Shown piece by piece: positions 1 through 11,865 of a DNA stretch of 64,000 nt. A program made the position numbers and the translations under genes. The stretch spans positions 15,562,001-15,626,000 of the forward strand of contig OZ024752.1 of assembly GCA_964016885.1 (NCBI GenBank). The letters run 5' to 3'. The notes under the pieces are model-generated. The model saw only the letters and a list, made by a program, of their open reading frames with translations, was not told where the DNA came from and made no database searches. Positions within the stretch are counted from its first letter, which is position 1. Each line of letters opens with the position of its first letter. The stretch comes from Eledone cirrhosa (lineage: Eukaryota).

Positions 1-402
1 GTAAACTTTTTTCGACCTTCTATACACTATCCTTAGAACCTGCTGTATAGATTTCACTTTAACGCTTGACTGGGTTTCCCCCACTCCCTCTTTGTTCTAC
101 CTCAAGTTCAGCCACCCCTACCCCCACAAATTGCCATGATAGATTTATCTGACTTTACAACACATTTTTGACCAATCCCCTTGACAATTACTATCTTACC
201 ATATAAGGAAATTCTCCCTGAGAAGTTCGGCCATTTATTTACCAGGCTAAAAATTCTTATTTAGTCCAGAAATAGCCGTCGAAACGGCTTGAGCTCTGCC
301 GTCGGGGTCATACTTGTTCCTATTACCCACTCTACTACCCTAAGTATTGAGTACTTTGGTGCGTTATGGTCCATATGGTTCCTTACCACAATTCCATCAT
401 AT
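1..402 (+). mobile_element. PLE-type 3' end/pLTR, family A (carries a hammerhead motif)
   Basis: The segment ttagtccagaaatagccgtcgaaacggc...ggttccttaccac recurs at 2636, 3455-3658 and 26096-26262 and ends in (TA)n. It contains an HHR fold. Confidence 0.6.
214..307 (+). ncRNA. Type I hammerhead ribozyme, family A (degenerate core)
   Basis: ctcc-CTGAGAA-long stem II (cggccattt...aaatagccg)-GAAA-cggc/gccg stem III-TC-gggg. The copy near 3637 has ggag, which pairs perfectly with ctcc. G8 is A in this copy. Confidence 0.65.
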
Positions 403-414
403 TTATATATATAT

Positions 415-450
415 ACTAGCCGAATTACCCGCGTCTTACTGCGTTTCACA
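415..450 (-). mobile_element. Helitron-like 3' terminus (CTAG plus GC-rich subterminal motif)
   Basis: actagccgaattacccgcg resembles the termini at 19595-19624 and 33998. The other end was not located. Confidence 0.35.
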
Positions 451-1235
451 CATTTTTTTTTTTAAAGAAAATTATGATTGATTTTAAATCAGTGATATAT
501 GTTAGACACGCATTGAATAACAACAGAATGTTTTAAGTCTGCGTGTTCTGATCTTCTGACATATATGCGTAGCTTGTGAAAAAAATATTCAAGGGGTTCG
601 CTGGTCGTGGTGATCCCTCCCAAACATATTTTGTAATGTATCGTCTTATTGGCTAATCAACCAATGAGACTAATTGTTGCTCAAAATCACCCGCCACTTT
701 GTTTGCACGTTTATTTATCGTTTAGCTTTCGAATCTTCCTCCTGTATTTCGTCGTTTATCATCCACATATTTTTCTCGTTTTGGTAAGTTATATTGTTAA
801 TTTATATATGATTTTTTAAATTTATATTAACTATTTTTTTTTCAGTTCGTTATAACATGCTTATAATATTGGTTGTATCATATTTACTTGTATATTTGTC
901 CATATCATTGTTCGTTTTATGTTAAATTATTTTTTTTTATTGTTATAGACTATTTGTATGTAATATTTAATTTTTATTAATTCAACTATAACAATTATTA
1001 TGTAAAATATATTTATTTAATATTGATTGTTTTAATATTGATTTATTTAATATTGTTGTTTATATTAAAAGTCTGAAAATATATTTATACATCTTACAAT
1101 AATATTTATAAGATCATTAATAAAATAACAATTATATAATCTAATTACATTACAACCATAATGTATTACTAATATATATCATGTTTAACTAGAGTTATTA
1201 CAAGCGTTGCCTTAAACAAATATTAAACTAGACCT

Positions 1236-1606
1236 GAGAGCCACAGAATGTTATAATAAACCTCAAAACTGTGGGACTAGACTTGTTGCTCAAAAATATT
1301 GTAATCATTATCTATCGTACACTCTGTGGCATCCTTTTATAAAAAAGAGACGACACGATAATTATTTAAGTGAATTTATAATATAGAATTCGGTTTAAGT
1401 GCATTTCGTATTAATCATTACTAAACATCTAATATGAGATATTGAATATTAGCTTAAATAATTATCATGTCGTCTTGAGTTCGTTATGAGTTTCGTTTTT
1501 ATAAAAGGATGCCACAGAGTCTAGGATCGATAATGATTACAATATTTTTTAGCAACAACTCTAGTTCCACACTTTTGAAGGTTTATTATAACATGCTGTG
1601 GCTCTT
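1236..1606. repeat. Fold-back/MITE-like long inverted repeat (~135-150 bp arms)
   Basis: gagccacagaatgttataataaacc...ctctgtggcatcctttttataaaaa is mirrored by tttttataaaaggatgccacagag...ggtttattataacatgctgtggctc. Confidence 0.8.
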
Positions 1607-2097
1607 TTGAGCTTGCGCATTTTTCAGTTCTAGTAATTTATGGAGAAAAACTCTGCATTTCAATGTAAAATGTAATGCATGAAAAATTGGAAAACATTAT
1701 TTTTTGTAATATATCAAATCAAAATTACCTTATTAAATCTTATTCTTATTTTGTTTCTTGTAAATAATTTTTTTTTTTAAATGTTAATTCAAAACCAGCC
1801 TAATATATGTATTCCCTTATAAACTGATAAAAGATATGAATATATTTAATCGATTGTCAATTTATTGGGTCTCGTCAGAATATACCTATATCAGTTAAGT
1901 AAGCACACGGTGATACGTAATCTCTGAGATTATAATCCATAGTAATTATAATAGCATTACTGAATTGAACGCATTAACTTACAATTAGCTTACTATATTA
2001 GCACCTATCTTTGTAGTTTATGTAAATGTATAATAAATATACATTGCATAACCAATGTATATGATAAATTTATGTTCGTTTATATAGTACAGAGGTA

Positions 2098-2176
<79 letters not shown>

Positions 2177-2181
<5 letters not shown>

Positions 2182-2274
2182 TGTCCCGAAAATGTATACA
2201 CACTTAACCCAGCATTCTGATAAGTATTGCCTGTACAAGTAACAATGTGTTTATACATTTTTGGGACAGCCAGT
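2177..2274. mobile_element. Tc1/mariner-type mini-MITE
   Basis: TIR cagggtgtcccgaaaatgtatacacac pairs with tgtgtttatacatttttgggacagccag. Confidence 0.55.
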
Positions 2275-2455
2275 ATGTATATATATATTTTTTTATATAT
2301 ATATATGTGTGTGTATGTATGTGTGTGTGTGTATGTATATATATGTGTGTGTATATATATATATGTATGTGTGTATTTGTGTGTGTATATATATGTTTGT
2401 GTATGTATATATATATGTATGTGTATGTATATATATGTATATATATGTGCGTCTA

Positions 2456-2494
<39 letters not shown>

Positions 2495-2496
<2 letters not shown>

Positions 2497-2620
2497 TTAA
2501 TAATAAATTTGAAGACTAAAATCCAAAGAGTCTCGATAAGGATAAATAAAGTTTCAGAAGATCCCGTTAAGGGTGAAAGCAGCGATTCTTAGTTTAAACT
2601 TTAATCTGTTATTTTAATAT
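2495..2620. mobile_element. PLE family B pLTR fragments in inverted arrangement
   Basis: 2499-2547 is the reverse complement of 53806-53857, and 2550-2618 matches 53700-53768. Flanked by (TA)n. Confidence 0.8.
2548..2602 (+). ncRNA. Type I hammerhead-like motif, family B (CAGAAGA core)
   Basis: aaagttt-CAGAAGA-tccc/ggg stem II-GAAA-stem III-TT-aaacttt. Confidence 0.6.
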
Positions 2621-3368
2621 ATATATAGGACACATTTTCCTATTACCCACTCTACTATTCTAAGTATTGAGTACTTGGTGCGTTATGGTCTATCTGGTTC
2701 CCCACCACACTTCCTTCGTTATATATATATATATATATACAAATACATAGTGACTAGCTTACATCCAGGGAAACGCTTTCTCTATTCTGTCAACTTGGGC
2801 ATGGAGCGACCAGCGCGTTGGCCTCCATTTGCTTATAATAGTGAGAGATGGGGAAAATGAGTGGGACGGAGGCGGTGAGTGGAAGAGAGAGAACAGCAAC
2901 ACTTATTTATTTATTTGTATTTATCTGTATTTATAGACGTGTGGGTGGCACAGTTGCAGCCAGTGTAACGTTTGACACCAAGAAATATATAATAATTATG
3001 TACTTAATAATATATTTCATGAGATTTTAATGTTTAATATGACGGTTCAACGATGTATTCATAAAAACACATTGTATAACCCACATTTATTGCCGACTCA
3101 TAATATATGCATTTACAGCATCTATGAGCTAAATATTGTAAGGTACAATGTCAAATAAATTCTGTGACAAACGTAACTTTTATGAAATATGCAATAAGTA
3201 AATCGTCTTCTTGTCTCTAAGAGTTAAACTATTCATCGTGTGACATGAGAAATATTTGGTGTATTTAATCTAAGGTTGGTAGCTTTATATGCTGACAGAA
3301 TGTTTTGTGTTTTGTGAATCTCTACTGCATAACAGATATGTATGACATATATCCGTACCCCCCCCCCC

Positions 3369-3404
<36 letters not shown>

Positions 3405-3449
3405 AGTATATACATATATATATATATTTTTTTTTTTTATGTATATATA

Positions 3450-3658
3450 ACAAAGGATGTGTGGTAAGGAACCAGATGGACCATAACGCACCAGAGTACT
3501 CAATACTTCGGGTAGTAGAGTGGGAAATAGGGAAAAGTATGACCCCGACGGCAGAGCTCAAGCCCTTTCGACGGCTATTTCTGGACTAAATATTTAGTCC
3601 AGAAATAGCCGTCGAAACAGCTTGAGTTCTGCCGTCGGAGTCATACTTTTTCCTATTT
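3450..3658. mobile_element. PLE family A head-to-head palindrome
   Basis: A reverse copy (3455-3591) joins a forward copy (3592-3657) at ctggactaaatatttagtccag, inside (TA)n. Confidence 0.8.
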
Positions 3659-3890
3659 ATGTATATATATATATATGAGCGTGTGTGAGGGTGTTAGGTA
3701 CTTCTGAAGAAAATGAAGTAAAAAAGAGTGCTCTATGTATAGAACAGAGCTATTTAATTAGAAAGTGAACAACACAATATATGACTACTCCATTACCAAA
3801 GGTTGGAGGATACAAGACAATATTAATATACGTCTAGATCGTTCATCATATATTAAATGTGTGTATATAAATGTATACATATATAAATAA

Positions 3891-3928
<38 letters not shown>

Positions 3929-3934
3929 CATAAC

Positions 3935-4514
3935 AATTTCTTTTCATCGCACATATTATTAAACCCTTCAATATACAAACCTTAATTTAACATTATTCTT
4001 AAATTTTTCTCTTCGTTAATTTCCAAATTCTTTTAATTTATATATTATCTTCCAACGGTTTTTAACCTCTCTCTGTAAAACAATATATTTTTCTCAGTTA
4101 TAAAAGCTATTTCCATCTCTCTATCACCCATCTCTCACCCTTCCTTATTATACTCCTCCCCCTCCATTCTTTACTCTCATCTCCTCCTCTTTTTCATCAT
4201 TCCCCCCCCCCCTTCAATTTTTTTCCCAATATCACACATCAATCTAAAACTTCTTTTCATATGATGATTTAAAACTGCACTATTCACAAGTGTTTTTTAA
4301 TCTTCATATCATGTCTCACTATTTTATCTGAGGAAAACGCAAATGTCATCGCATGATGATATTTGTTTTTGAAATGCGCATAATAAAATACATGGAACTC
4401 TTTTAACCATCTTTTGATCTTATATATTATTTATACTCGAGTCCTACAAACTGTAGAGTGCTACTTATCCGATATCTGCAGTGCTTTATTGTACTACAAT
4501 AAAACTCACCTCCT
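3935..4514 (+). mobile_element. PLE-type 3' UTR/pLTR, family C
   Basis: A pyrimidine-rich UTR, then an HHR, then a tail shared with 27063-27297 and 44857-44930. Flanked by (TA)n. Confidence 0.7.
4320..4390 (+). ncRNA. Type I hammerhead ribozyme, family C
   Basis: tattttat-CTGAGGA-aaacgcaaatgtcatc/gatgatatttgtttt stem II-GAAA-tgcgca (palindromic stem III)-TA-ataaaata. Confidence 0.88.
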
Positions 4515-4703
4515 ATATATATATATATATATATATATACACAAGTAGAAGGGATATTTAATTTGTTTGGAAATTCAACAAATATAAATGTTTATAACTG
4601 ATTCAGAACACTCGACAGCTTCTGGAGTAAATAATACCCAAAGAAAATTTAACTGATAAGGTATGTTTCCTTGGTTATGTCAAAATTTATAAAACACACT
4701 TTG

Positions 4704-4765
4704 TATTTTATCTGATGAAAGCGTACCAAAGTTTTTGCTACTCTTGAAATATATATAATAGAATA
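4704..4765 (+). ncRNA. Type I hammerhead ribozyme, family D
   Basis: tattttat-CTGATGA-aag...ctt-GAAA-tatata-TA-atagaata, in a ~270 bp insert between (TA)n tracts (4540-4810). Confidence 0.8.
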
Positions 4766-5130
4766 AATATGGTTTTATAAATATAGTTTCCATTTATTTA
4801 ATATCATTTTATATATATATATATATATATATATGCGTGTGTGTGTGTATTGGTGTGTGTGTGTGCGTTTGTGTGTATATATATGTATATGTTAGATGTG
4901 TAACAACAGTTACCGACTAAAAGTTTAGATGTGTTTTTGTACATATAAAATCGCATATCTGACGAGATGTCGAAAACGAGTCGGGCCTCGTTATTTTGTA
5001 CCCTGAGATGATCGTTATCGAAACAACTGCCATATATGAATACAGTTTGTATATAAGCTGAAACATTGACGTCAATTCTACTTAATCTTTTTCGCTTTTT
5101 CTCTATCTATTTATCTATCTATCTATCGCT

Positions 5131-6325
5131 TGAAGAGATCCATCTGCTGTCAACACCCTTCGAAAGGAGGGCTGGAGATGCCGTGGCTCATGATGTGTAA
5201 ACACGCATTAAGGCTGCGGCACCTCCACGTTTTCCTCACTGGTCAACCGGTGTGGGCCTCGTTTGTGGGACGAACCTTTCCCAGACTCGTCTCACTCACC
5301 GAGCTGCAATCCTGGGTCAAGCAAAGACCGGGAAAACTGGGCGCCTGGCACTCTGAGTGTGCCCAGGCGCTCACCGCCCTCTGGCAGGCGGATCCGGTTA
5401 TCAGTGGAGACTCCACCGCAACATTCTATAGAGGGCTGGTACGCAGCAGGTGCGACGCGCCCTCGGAGAAGCCCTAGACATGGAGGAAGACGAACTGGCC
5501 AGCCTGTTCGGTAGGACATTCAGCCCGGGACCTATGGACAACTTCCAGAAGTCCCAGGCCTGGCGGTGCTACCGAGGGGCTCTACCCGTTCGAGAAAAGC
5601 TCTACAGACACGGGCGCCCGGGTAGGGAACCCGCCAAAAAGATCTGTCCCAGATGCGTGTGCGACGAGGAAACCGTTGCACACGCATTGGTACACTGCTC
5701 GGGCATTGCCGATCTGTGGGGCTATATCGAACAACTGCTGTCAAGGGTGGGACCGATCCGGTTGACCACCGAGTCTATTGTAACGATCAAGCCGCCTCCC
5801 CCGTTCAAAGATGAGGGAGAGGCGGTGTTTCTGTGCGTAATAGCCATGGCGAAAGAGGTTGTATGGTGGACGCGTCTGAAAGGACTGAGGGCAGGCACCT
5901 TTCTCTCTGGCCAACAACTGGTCCGTTTCTTCCGATATCATTTCGGAAGAAGGATCAAGATGGAGAGAGAGGTGCTCCACCCCAGTCGTTTTTATGAAAG
6001 GTGGGTGAAAGTGGCAAGAATGGCCCGTGTGAATGGGCCTTCTCTTTACATAAGCCTGTAGGTGGAAAAGAGGAAGGAACGAGGGAGCACCCCCTCTCTG
6101 TGCTCCTGAGGAAAAGGGTTGCACACTTTTTTAGGGGGTGTGTGCGACCCCCCAAGGCGCCTCCTCTCTATTGAGGATTTTGTTATAAATTTTATTTTTT
6201 GTTATATTTTATTTTATTTTTATATTTTGTTATTGCCTCCACCTTATTGAGGACGCCTTGTTTTGTAAACTCCCCCCATTGTACTTGTCCCACTTTTGAT
6301 GCCCTTGTGGCAAATAAAAGAAACA
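5131..6325 (+). mobile_element. 5'-truncated Tx1/L1-clade non-LTR retrotransposon (ORF2 C-terminus, zf-RVT)
   Basis: Motifs SKGGLEMP, WRCYRGALPVREKL and CPRC..DEETVAHALVHC; frameshift near 5460. The 3' UTR has AATAAA. TSD tatctatcgct at 5120-5130 and 6326-6336. Confidence 0.88.
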
Positions 6326-6347
6326 TATCTATCGCTCTATCTCTCTA

Positions 6348-6433
<86 letters not shown>

Positions 6434-6539
6434 TAAAAGGAAAAGAAAATGCTGACAAATTGTTCCCAGTGAAAGATAGTTTAATTAGGAATAAGTAAAA
6501 ATTAGTAATAGTATTGGTTAGTATTCAGTTTTGGTTTTA

Positions 6540-6810
6540 AGTTTTACCGGTTGCGCATTTCTAATGCTTTTCAAAAATAATTTTGAGATAAAGCGCCCGT
6601 GATGTTTGCTCTAATCTGATTAGTTTTGGAAATTCTACCTTTTTTATGTAAAAAAAGTGGCTCCAGATGTATGAAAAAATTCTTGTGGTCAAAACAATTT
6701 TGATTGGTCGGTAGAGGTCATGTGAATGTTAAAAATTGATTTTGCGCCAAATGTAGGTACTCTCGGCTGATTGAGAAGTCACTGAAAAATAAGTCTTTCA
6801 ACACAAATAT
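6540..6810 (-). pseudogene. Degenerate PLE GIY-YIG fragment
   Basis: Minus-strand peptides VTSQSAESTYI and FSYIWS parallel [11 protein letters not shown] and LSAYIWSLK of the PLE at 52.4 kb. Confidence 0.35.
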
Positions 6811-7322
6811 GTGTGCGTGTGTATGTAGTAGTGGGAGTAAAGAGGTTCGTTGTTGTGATAATGGTCAGCAGGGATGTGTGTGCAAGCCGCAGCCTGCTGA
6901 CAGTTCAAGTGCCTATTAAGACAAGTGTGTGTGTGTGTGTAGCAGAGTAATTCGTGGTAGAGAGATCGGACAGTAGGAATGTGTCTGTACGTGTGTGGGG
7001 ATATTTTAACATGTTAAAAGATATTTTTCAGCTCTTGTCTTATACGGAGAAGTGTGTGTCTGTGTGTGTATATGTCTCTTTGTGTGTTAATGTACGCGTG
7101 TGTATGTGTGTGTGTATATATGTGTGTGTGTGTGTGAGAATGTGTGTGTGTGTGTGTGTCTGTGTGGGTGGACCAGTATTTTTGTGATACTGGTAAAAAT
7201 GGTGTACATTATTCGATATTTTCAGTAAAAACGATTCTCTCAATAGAACATCAAAAACCTTAATAATAAAAGGTGTGAAATGATATATAGTATTGGCATA
7301 AGACCAAGGTGTGTGTGAGTGT

Positions 7323-7381
<59 letters not shown>

Positions 7382-8142
7382 CGTGTGCGTGTGTGCGTAT
7401 CAATACGTATATTTGAATACTTATTGTAAACTTCCCTACCCTGCCTTGCTATCATTTATGAGTTGCCATGCTGTCAGAATTCGAATAGCTACAACACTTT
7501 TAGATGGAGAATCACGGAAAAAATGGTATTCACCTCTGCTCGTTATTCTAGTTGATAAGATGTTAGTGTCTCTTATCTTAAACCATTGATTTTATATTTA
7601 TGTCCGTCGTTTTACATAAAATGTGATGAATATTAAAAAAATGAAATGTTTTGTTAAAGAAACAGACAAAGTAAAACGCAGAGAACGTTTTATCACAACT
7701 AGACTCATGAAAGAAATTACCATTCTTCATTGTTCCCTTCCTCTACACATTTCCGCAGACTGTAAATTTTCCTAACACTAATTTCATCATAAATTCTCCC
7801 ATCTTGTAATAAACAAGTTCAAAACTTTAACAGAAACAGCTTAACATAAAATAGAAGCAGAGATGAAGTTATATCAACTTATTTTCTACACATGTTTTCG
7901 TGGTTATGTTCGCTCTAACATCTTCTCACAATTGCTATAATAGCACCTGACGCCGTACATATTTTAGTGATAGAAACCATTCTCTTAGCTCAGTAGATTA
8001 GCACTATCGCTTGAGCATAGAACAACGTTTTGCGGCATAGAGTTACGTCTCTTTGTATTTTGTATTGAAACCCGGAAAATGAAGTCTCCCTCCATGCATA
8101 TGTTTATGTATGTGTGTATGTATGTACGTATGTACGTCACAC

Positions 8143-8610
8143 TATGTCGGGTCACTCTTGAGTGCTACTGGTAACATGTAACCCTGTACAATCTGTCGCA
8201 TGGTCGGGTCGTCGTCGACTAAACCGGCAACCCCACCAAGTTTACTTGGTGAGGAGGGTGATTTGGGACACCCTGCAGGACAAAAAACAAAACCTGACAA
8301 AGAGCGGAAGAACTCATAAGAGTCACCGTCCATCCGAGATTGTGTAAATATGTATATAGACATGTACCCCCAGGCTAAACTACTGGGAGTGAAGGACCCC
8401 TAGCCTTTGTCAGGGCATTCTTCTAGGAGAAGGCAACTCAGGAAACTGGGATAACTCCGATATAAAAACCTGCGGCTCAGTAGTTACCGATGATCTTGAT
8501 TTTTTCTTCTTTTCGGGTTATAGCTACTGTCGCTCAGAGAGTGGGATTGGCTCAGTGCAAAGCCTGTCCTCACTTTAAAAAATATCTTCACGCACAGGCA
8601 TTGCACGATA
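8143..8610 (+). mobile_element. Interspersed repeat resembling an RTE LINE 5' region
   Basis: A second, reverse copy lies at ~20860-21100. Motifs ggcaacccc and ctaggagaaggcaactc. Confidence 0.55.
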
Positions 8611-8622
8611 GAATTAATTAAT

Positions 8623-8805
8623 CGTTTCTACTTTAGGCACAAGGACAGCAATTACCCAGTGCATTACTGGTACTTTATTTTATCGACCCCGTAAGGATGA
8701 AAGGCAAAGTCAACCTCGGCGGGATTTGAACTCAGATCGTAAATGGACGTAACTATGCTGGAAAGCATGGCGTCCGACCCTCTACCAATACTGCCAATCC
8801 ACCGC
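8623..8805 (-). mobile_element. tRNA-derived SINE with TSD
   Basis: Matches the window SINE consensus (A-box tggcagtatcggtag, B-box gagttcaaatcc, central ctttgcctttcatccttacggggtcgataaa). TSD gcacgatagaattaattaat on both sides. Confidence 0.9.
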
Positions 8806-9669
8806 ACGATAGAATTAATTAATAATTATTAATAATGGTATATCGTGCAATGGCCATACTCGATAACGAGGGGGAAGCCATCATCATGTATGTATGTATG
8901 TATGTATGTATGTATGTGTGCCTGCCTCTCTTTCTATATATATACATACATACATATACAAACGGCGGTGGGACTGGGAGGATCGTGACCCCTCCTCCAA
9001 ATAATTATATTTTTCTCTCCAAACTAAAAAAAACATTTATATGTATATGCGCTACAATTTATGTACATGTTATGTTTATCGCATATCGAAGTTTTTTATA
9101 ACTTGATTGATGTTTGCTCATATATATTATGTTAACCTTCATAGTAAATATGTTTGTCATATCATAACTTTCTCTATTTGCCAATTGCTAGTATGTGTAT
9201 TCAGATTTCCTATATCATTTTATTATATTCACTTTTAAATTATTGAAAGCTGTATATGTAATATGACCGGCTTGGTTTGAAATTACCTTTTCTGTCCATG
9301 AAAGTTTTAAGCAGTTCAATTATGTCCAGGATTTCTGTCCATGGTTAAGGTTGTTTGAAGCGTAATTCTTGGATTAATCAAACAGTTAAAAACTCAGTTA
9401 AGTCCTCGATTTCATTCCATAGTTATACCTAATTACAGTGCAGTCCTCTAACTTAATAATATCCTGGATTTTGTTCCATAGTTGATGTTGTTTGAAGCGA
9501 AACTCTTGGCTTAAACTGTTAACAAACTCAGTTTTATCCCCGATTTTATTCCATAGTTAATGATATTTGCAGTGTGGTATTCTAAATGCTTAATTATATC
9601 CTGATTTTTCTTCCATAGTTATGATTGTATGTACGAGCGTGCGGGTGTGTCTGTGTGTGTGTATGGGAG

Positions 9670-10130
9670 GGTGATATTGAACCTCCGTCGGTTGGCACGA
9701 TGACTGTCCGAACATCAGACCAGCCTGCTCATGAACATATCCTGCACGTGGTCGAGCATTCAACGGACACAGACATAGGTACAATTCATATTGTATTTTA
9801 GAGTAGGTATCTGAGCATTCCACAGACACGTGTACGCTAAATATAGTTCTCGGGGATATTCAGCATGACACAGTTTGCCTGACAAAGCTGGTCCATTGTA
9901 TTACAGTTACAGTTCATAATTTACTTTAGTGTAAGGTACGCGTGTACCCTTAATGCAGTTCTTAGGGATATTCAGTATGGCATAATATTTGACATGACTG
10001 ACGCGTTGTATTACAGGAACAATCCTTTTTGTATTACAGTGTAAGTGATTAAGTGTTCCATAGACAAGTACACCTTTAACGAGTTCTCAGGGAGATTCAG
10101 CATTTTGGGGTTGGTCCTTTGAATTGCCCT
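9670..10130. repeat. Interspersed repeat with internal tandem subunits
   Basis: Three variants of attccacagacacgtgtac..ttctc.ggga.attcagcatgacac..ttacag. A further copy lies at ~11895-12130. Confidence 0.55.
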
Positions 10131-10284
10131 TGCACAATTGCACATCTGAAAGTCGATGACTCAGGATCTTGAACTCTGGAGACCTACCTTCCCTCCCATT
10201 ACCCCCATACACCTCCAACGTCCTACTAGCCCACCCCTAGATCTACCTCCCCAATTCCCCATGCATCTTCCCCATCCAAGTTCT

Positions 10285-11742
10285 CAGCCCACACTGTAAA
10301 ATAGTCTTGTAACTATCACGACAAAAAGCACCCAGCCCACACAATAAAGTGGTCGTGTAAGTATCACGACAAAAAGGACCCAGCCCACACAATAAAGTGG
10401 TCGTGTAAGTATCACGACAAAAAGGACCCAGCCCACACTGTAAAGTGGTCGTGTAAGTATCACGACAAAAAGCACCCAGCCCACACAATAAAGTGGTCGT
10501 GTAAGTATCACGACAAAAAGGACCCAGCCCACACAATAAAGTGGTCGTGTAAGTATCACGACAAAAAGGACCCAGCCCACACAATAAAGTGGTCGTGTAA
10601 GTATCACGACAAAAAGCACCCAGCCCACACAATAAAGTGGTCGTGTAAGTATCACGACAAAAAGCACCGAGCCCACACAATAAAGTGGTCGTGTAAGTAT
10701 CACGACAAAAAGGACCCAGCCCACACAATAAAGTGGTCGTGTAAGTATCACGACAAAAAGCACCCAGCCCACACAATAAAGTGGTCGTGTAAGTATCACG
10801 ACAAAAAGCACCGAGCCCACACTGTAAAGTAGTCGTGTAAGTATCACGACAAAAAGCACCCAGCGCACACAATAAAGTGGTCGTGTAAGTATCACGACAA
10901 AAAGCACCGAGCCCACACTGTAAAGTAGTCGTGTAAGTATCACGACAAAAAGGACCCAGCCCACACAATAAAGTGGTCGTGTAAGTATCACGACAAAAAG
11001 CACCCAGCCCACACAATAAAGTGGTCGTGTAAGTATCACGACAAAAAGCACCCAGCGCACACTGTAAAGTAGTCGTGTAAGTATCACGACAAAAAGCACC
11101 CAGCCCACACTGTAAAGTAGTCGTGTAAGTATCACGACAAAAAGCACCCAGCGCACACAATAAAGTGGTCGTGTAAGTATCACGACAAAAAGCACCGAGC
11201 CCACACTGTAAAGTAGTCGTGTAAGTATCACGACAAAAAGCACCCAGCGCACACAATAAAGTGGTCGTGTAAGTATCACGACAAAAAGCACCGAGCCCAC
11301 ACTGTAAAGTAGTCGTGTAAGTATCACGACAAAAAGGACCCAGCCCACACAATAAAGTGGTCGTGTAAGTATCACGACAAAAAGCACCCAGCCCACACAA
11401 TAAAGTGGTCGTGTAAGTATCACGACAAAAAGCACCCAGCGCACACTGTAAAGTAGTCGTGTAAGTATCACGACAAAAAGCACCCAGCCCACACTGTAAA
11501 GTAGTCGTGTAAGTATCACGACAAAAAGCACCCAGCGCACACAATAAAGTGGTCGTGTAAGTATCACGACAAAAAGCACCCAGTCCACACCGTAAGGTGG
11601 TCGTGTAGGTGTCATGACACAAAGCACCCAGCCCACACAATAAAGTGGTCGTGTAGGTATCACGACAAAAAGCACTCAGTCCAGACTCTAAAGTGGTCGT
11701 GTAGGTGTTTTGACGAAAAGCACCCAGCCCACACAATAAATA
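10285..11742. repeat. 48-bp minisatellite, ~30 units
   Basis: Unit aaagtggtcgtgtaagtatcacgacaaaaagcacccagcccacacaat. It explains the 497 and 463 aa periodic ORFs (16 aa period). Confidence 0.97.
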
Positions 11743-11865
11743 TGGTTGGCGTTAGGAAGGGTATCCAGCCACAGAGATCAAGCCAAAACCAGTTCTGTGT
11801 GAGCAACGGGACATCTCGTCTAACCCATTATAGCGTGGAAAATGGACGTTAAACGATGATAATGT
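11743..11865 (+). mobile_element. 3' part of a second SINE family, contiguous with the minisatellite
   Basis: tggttggcgttaggaagggtatccagc...aacccat...ggaaaatggacgttaaacgatgataatg with a GAT-type tail. Confidence 0.6.

Noticed and set aside
3700-3785. CTGAAGA...GAAA-gtg/cac motif
   Set aside because: It lacks a UH cleavage site and stem I.
10243-11736. 497-aa Cys/Thr-rich repeat protein and the overlapping 463-aa ORF
   Set aside because: These result from a 48-bp unit (a multiple of 3) lacking stops in two minus-strand frames. There is no signal peptide, the starts are non-ATG, and the array appears SINE-derived.
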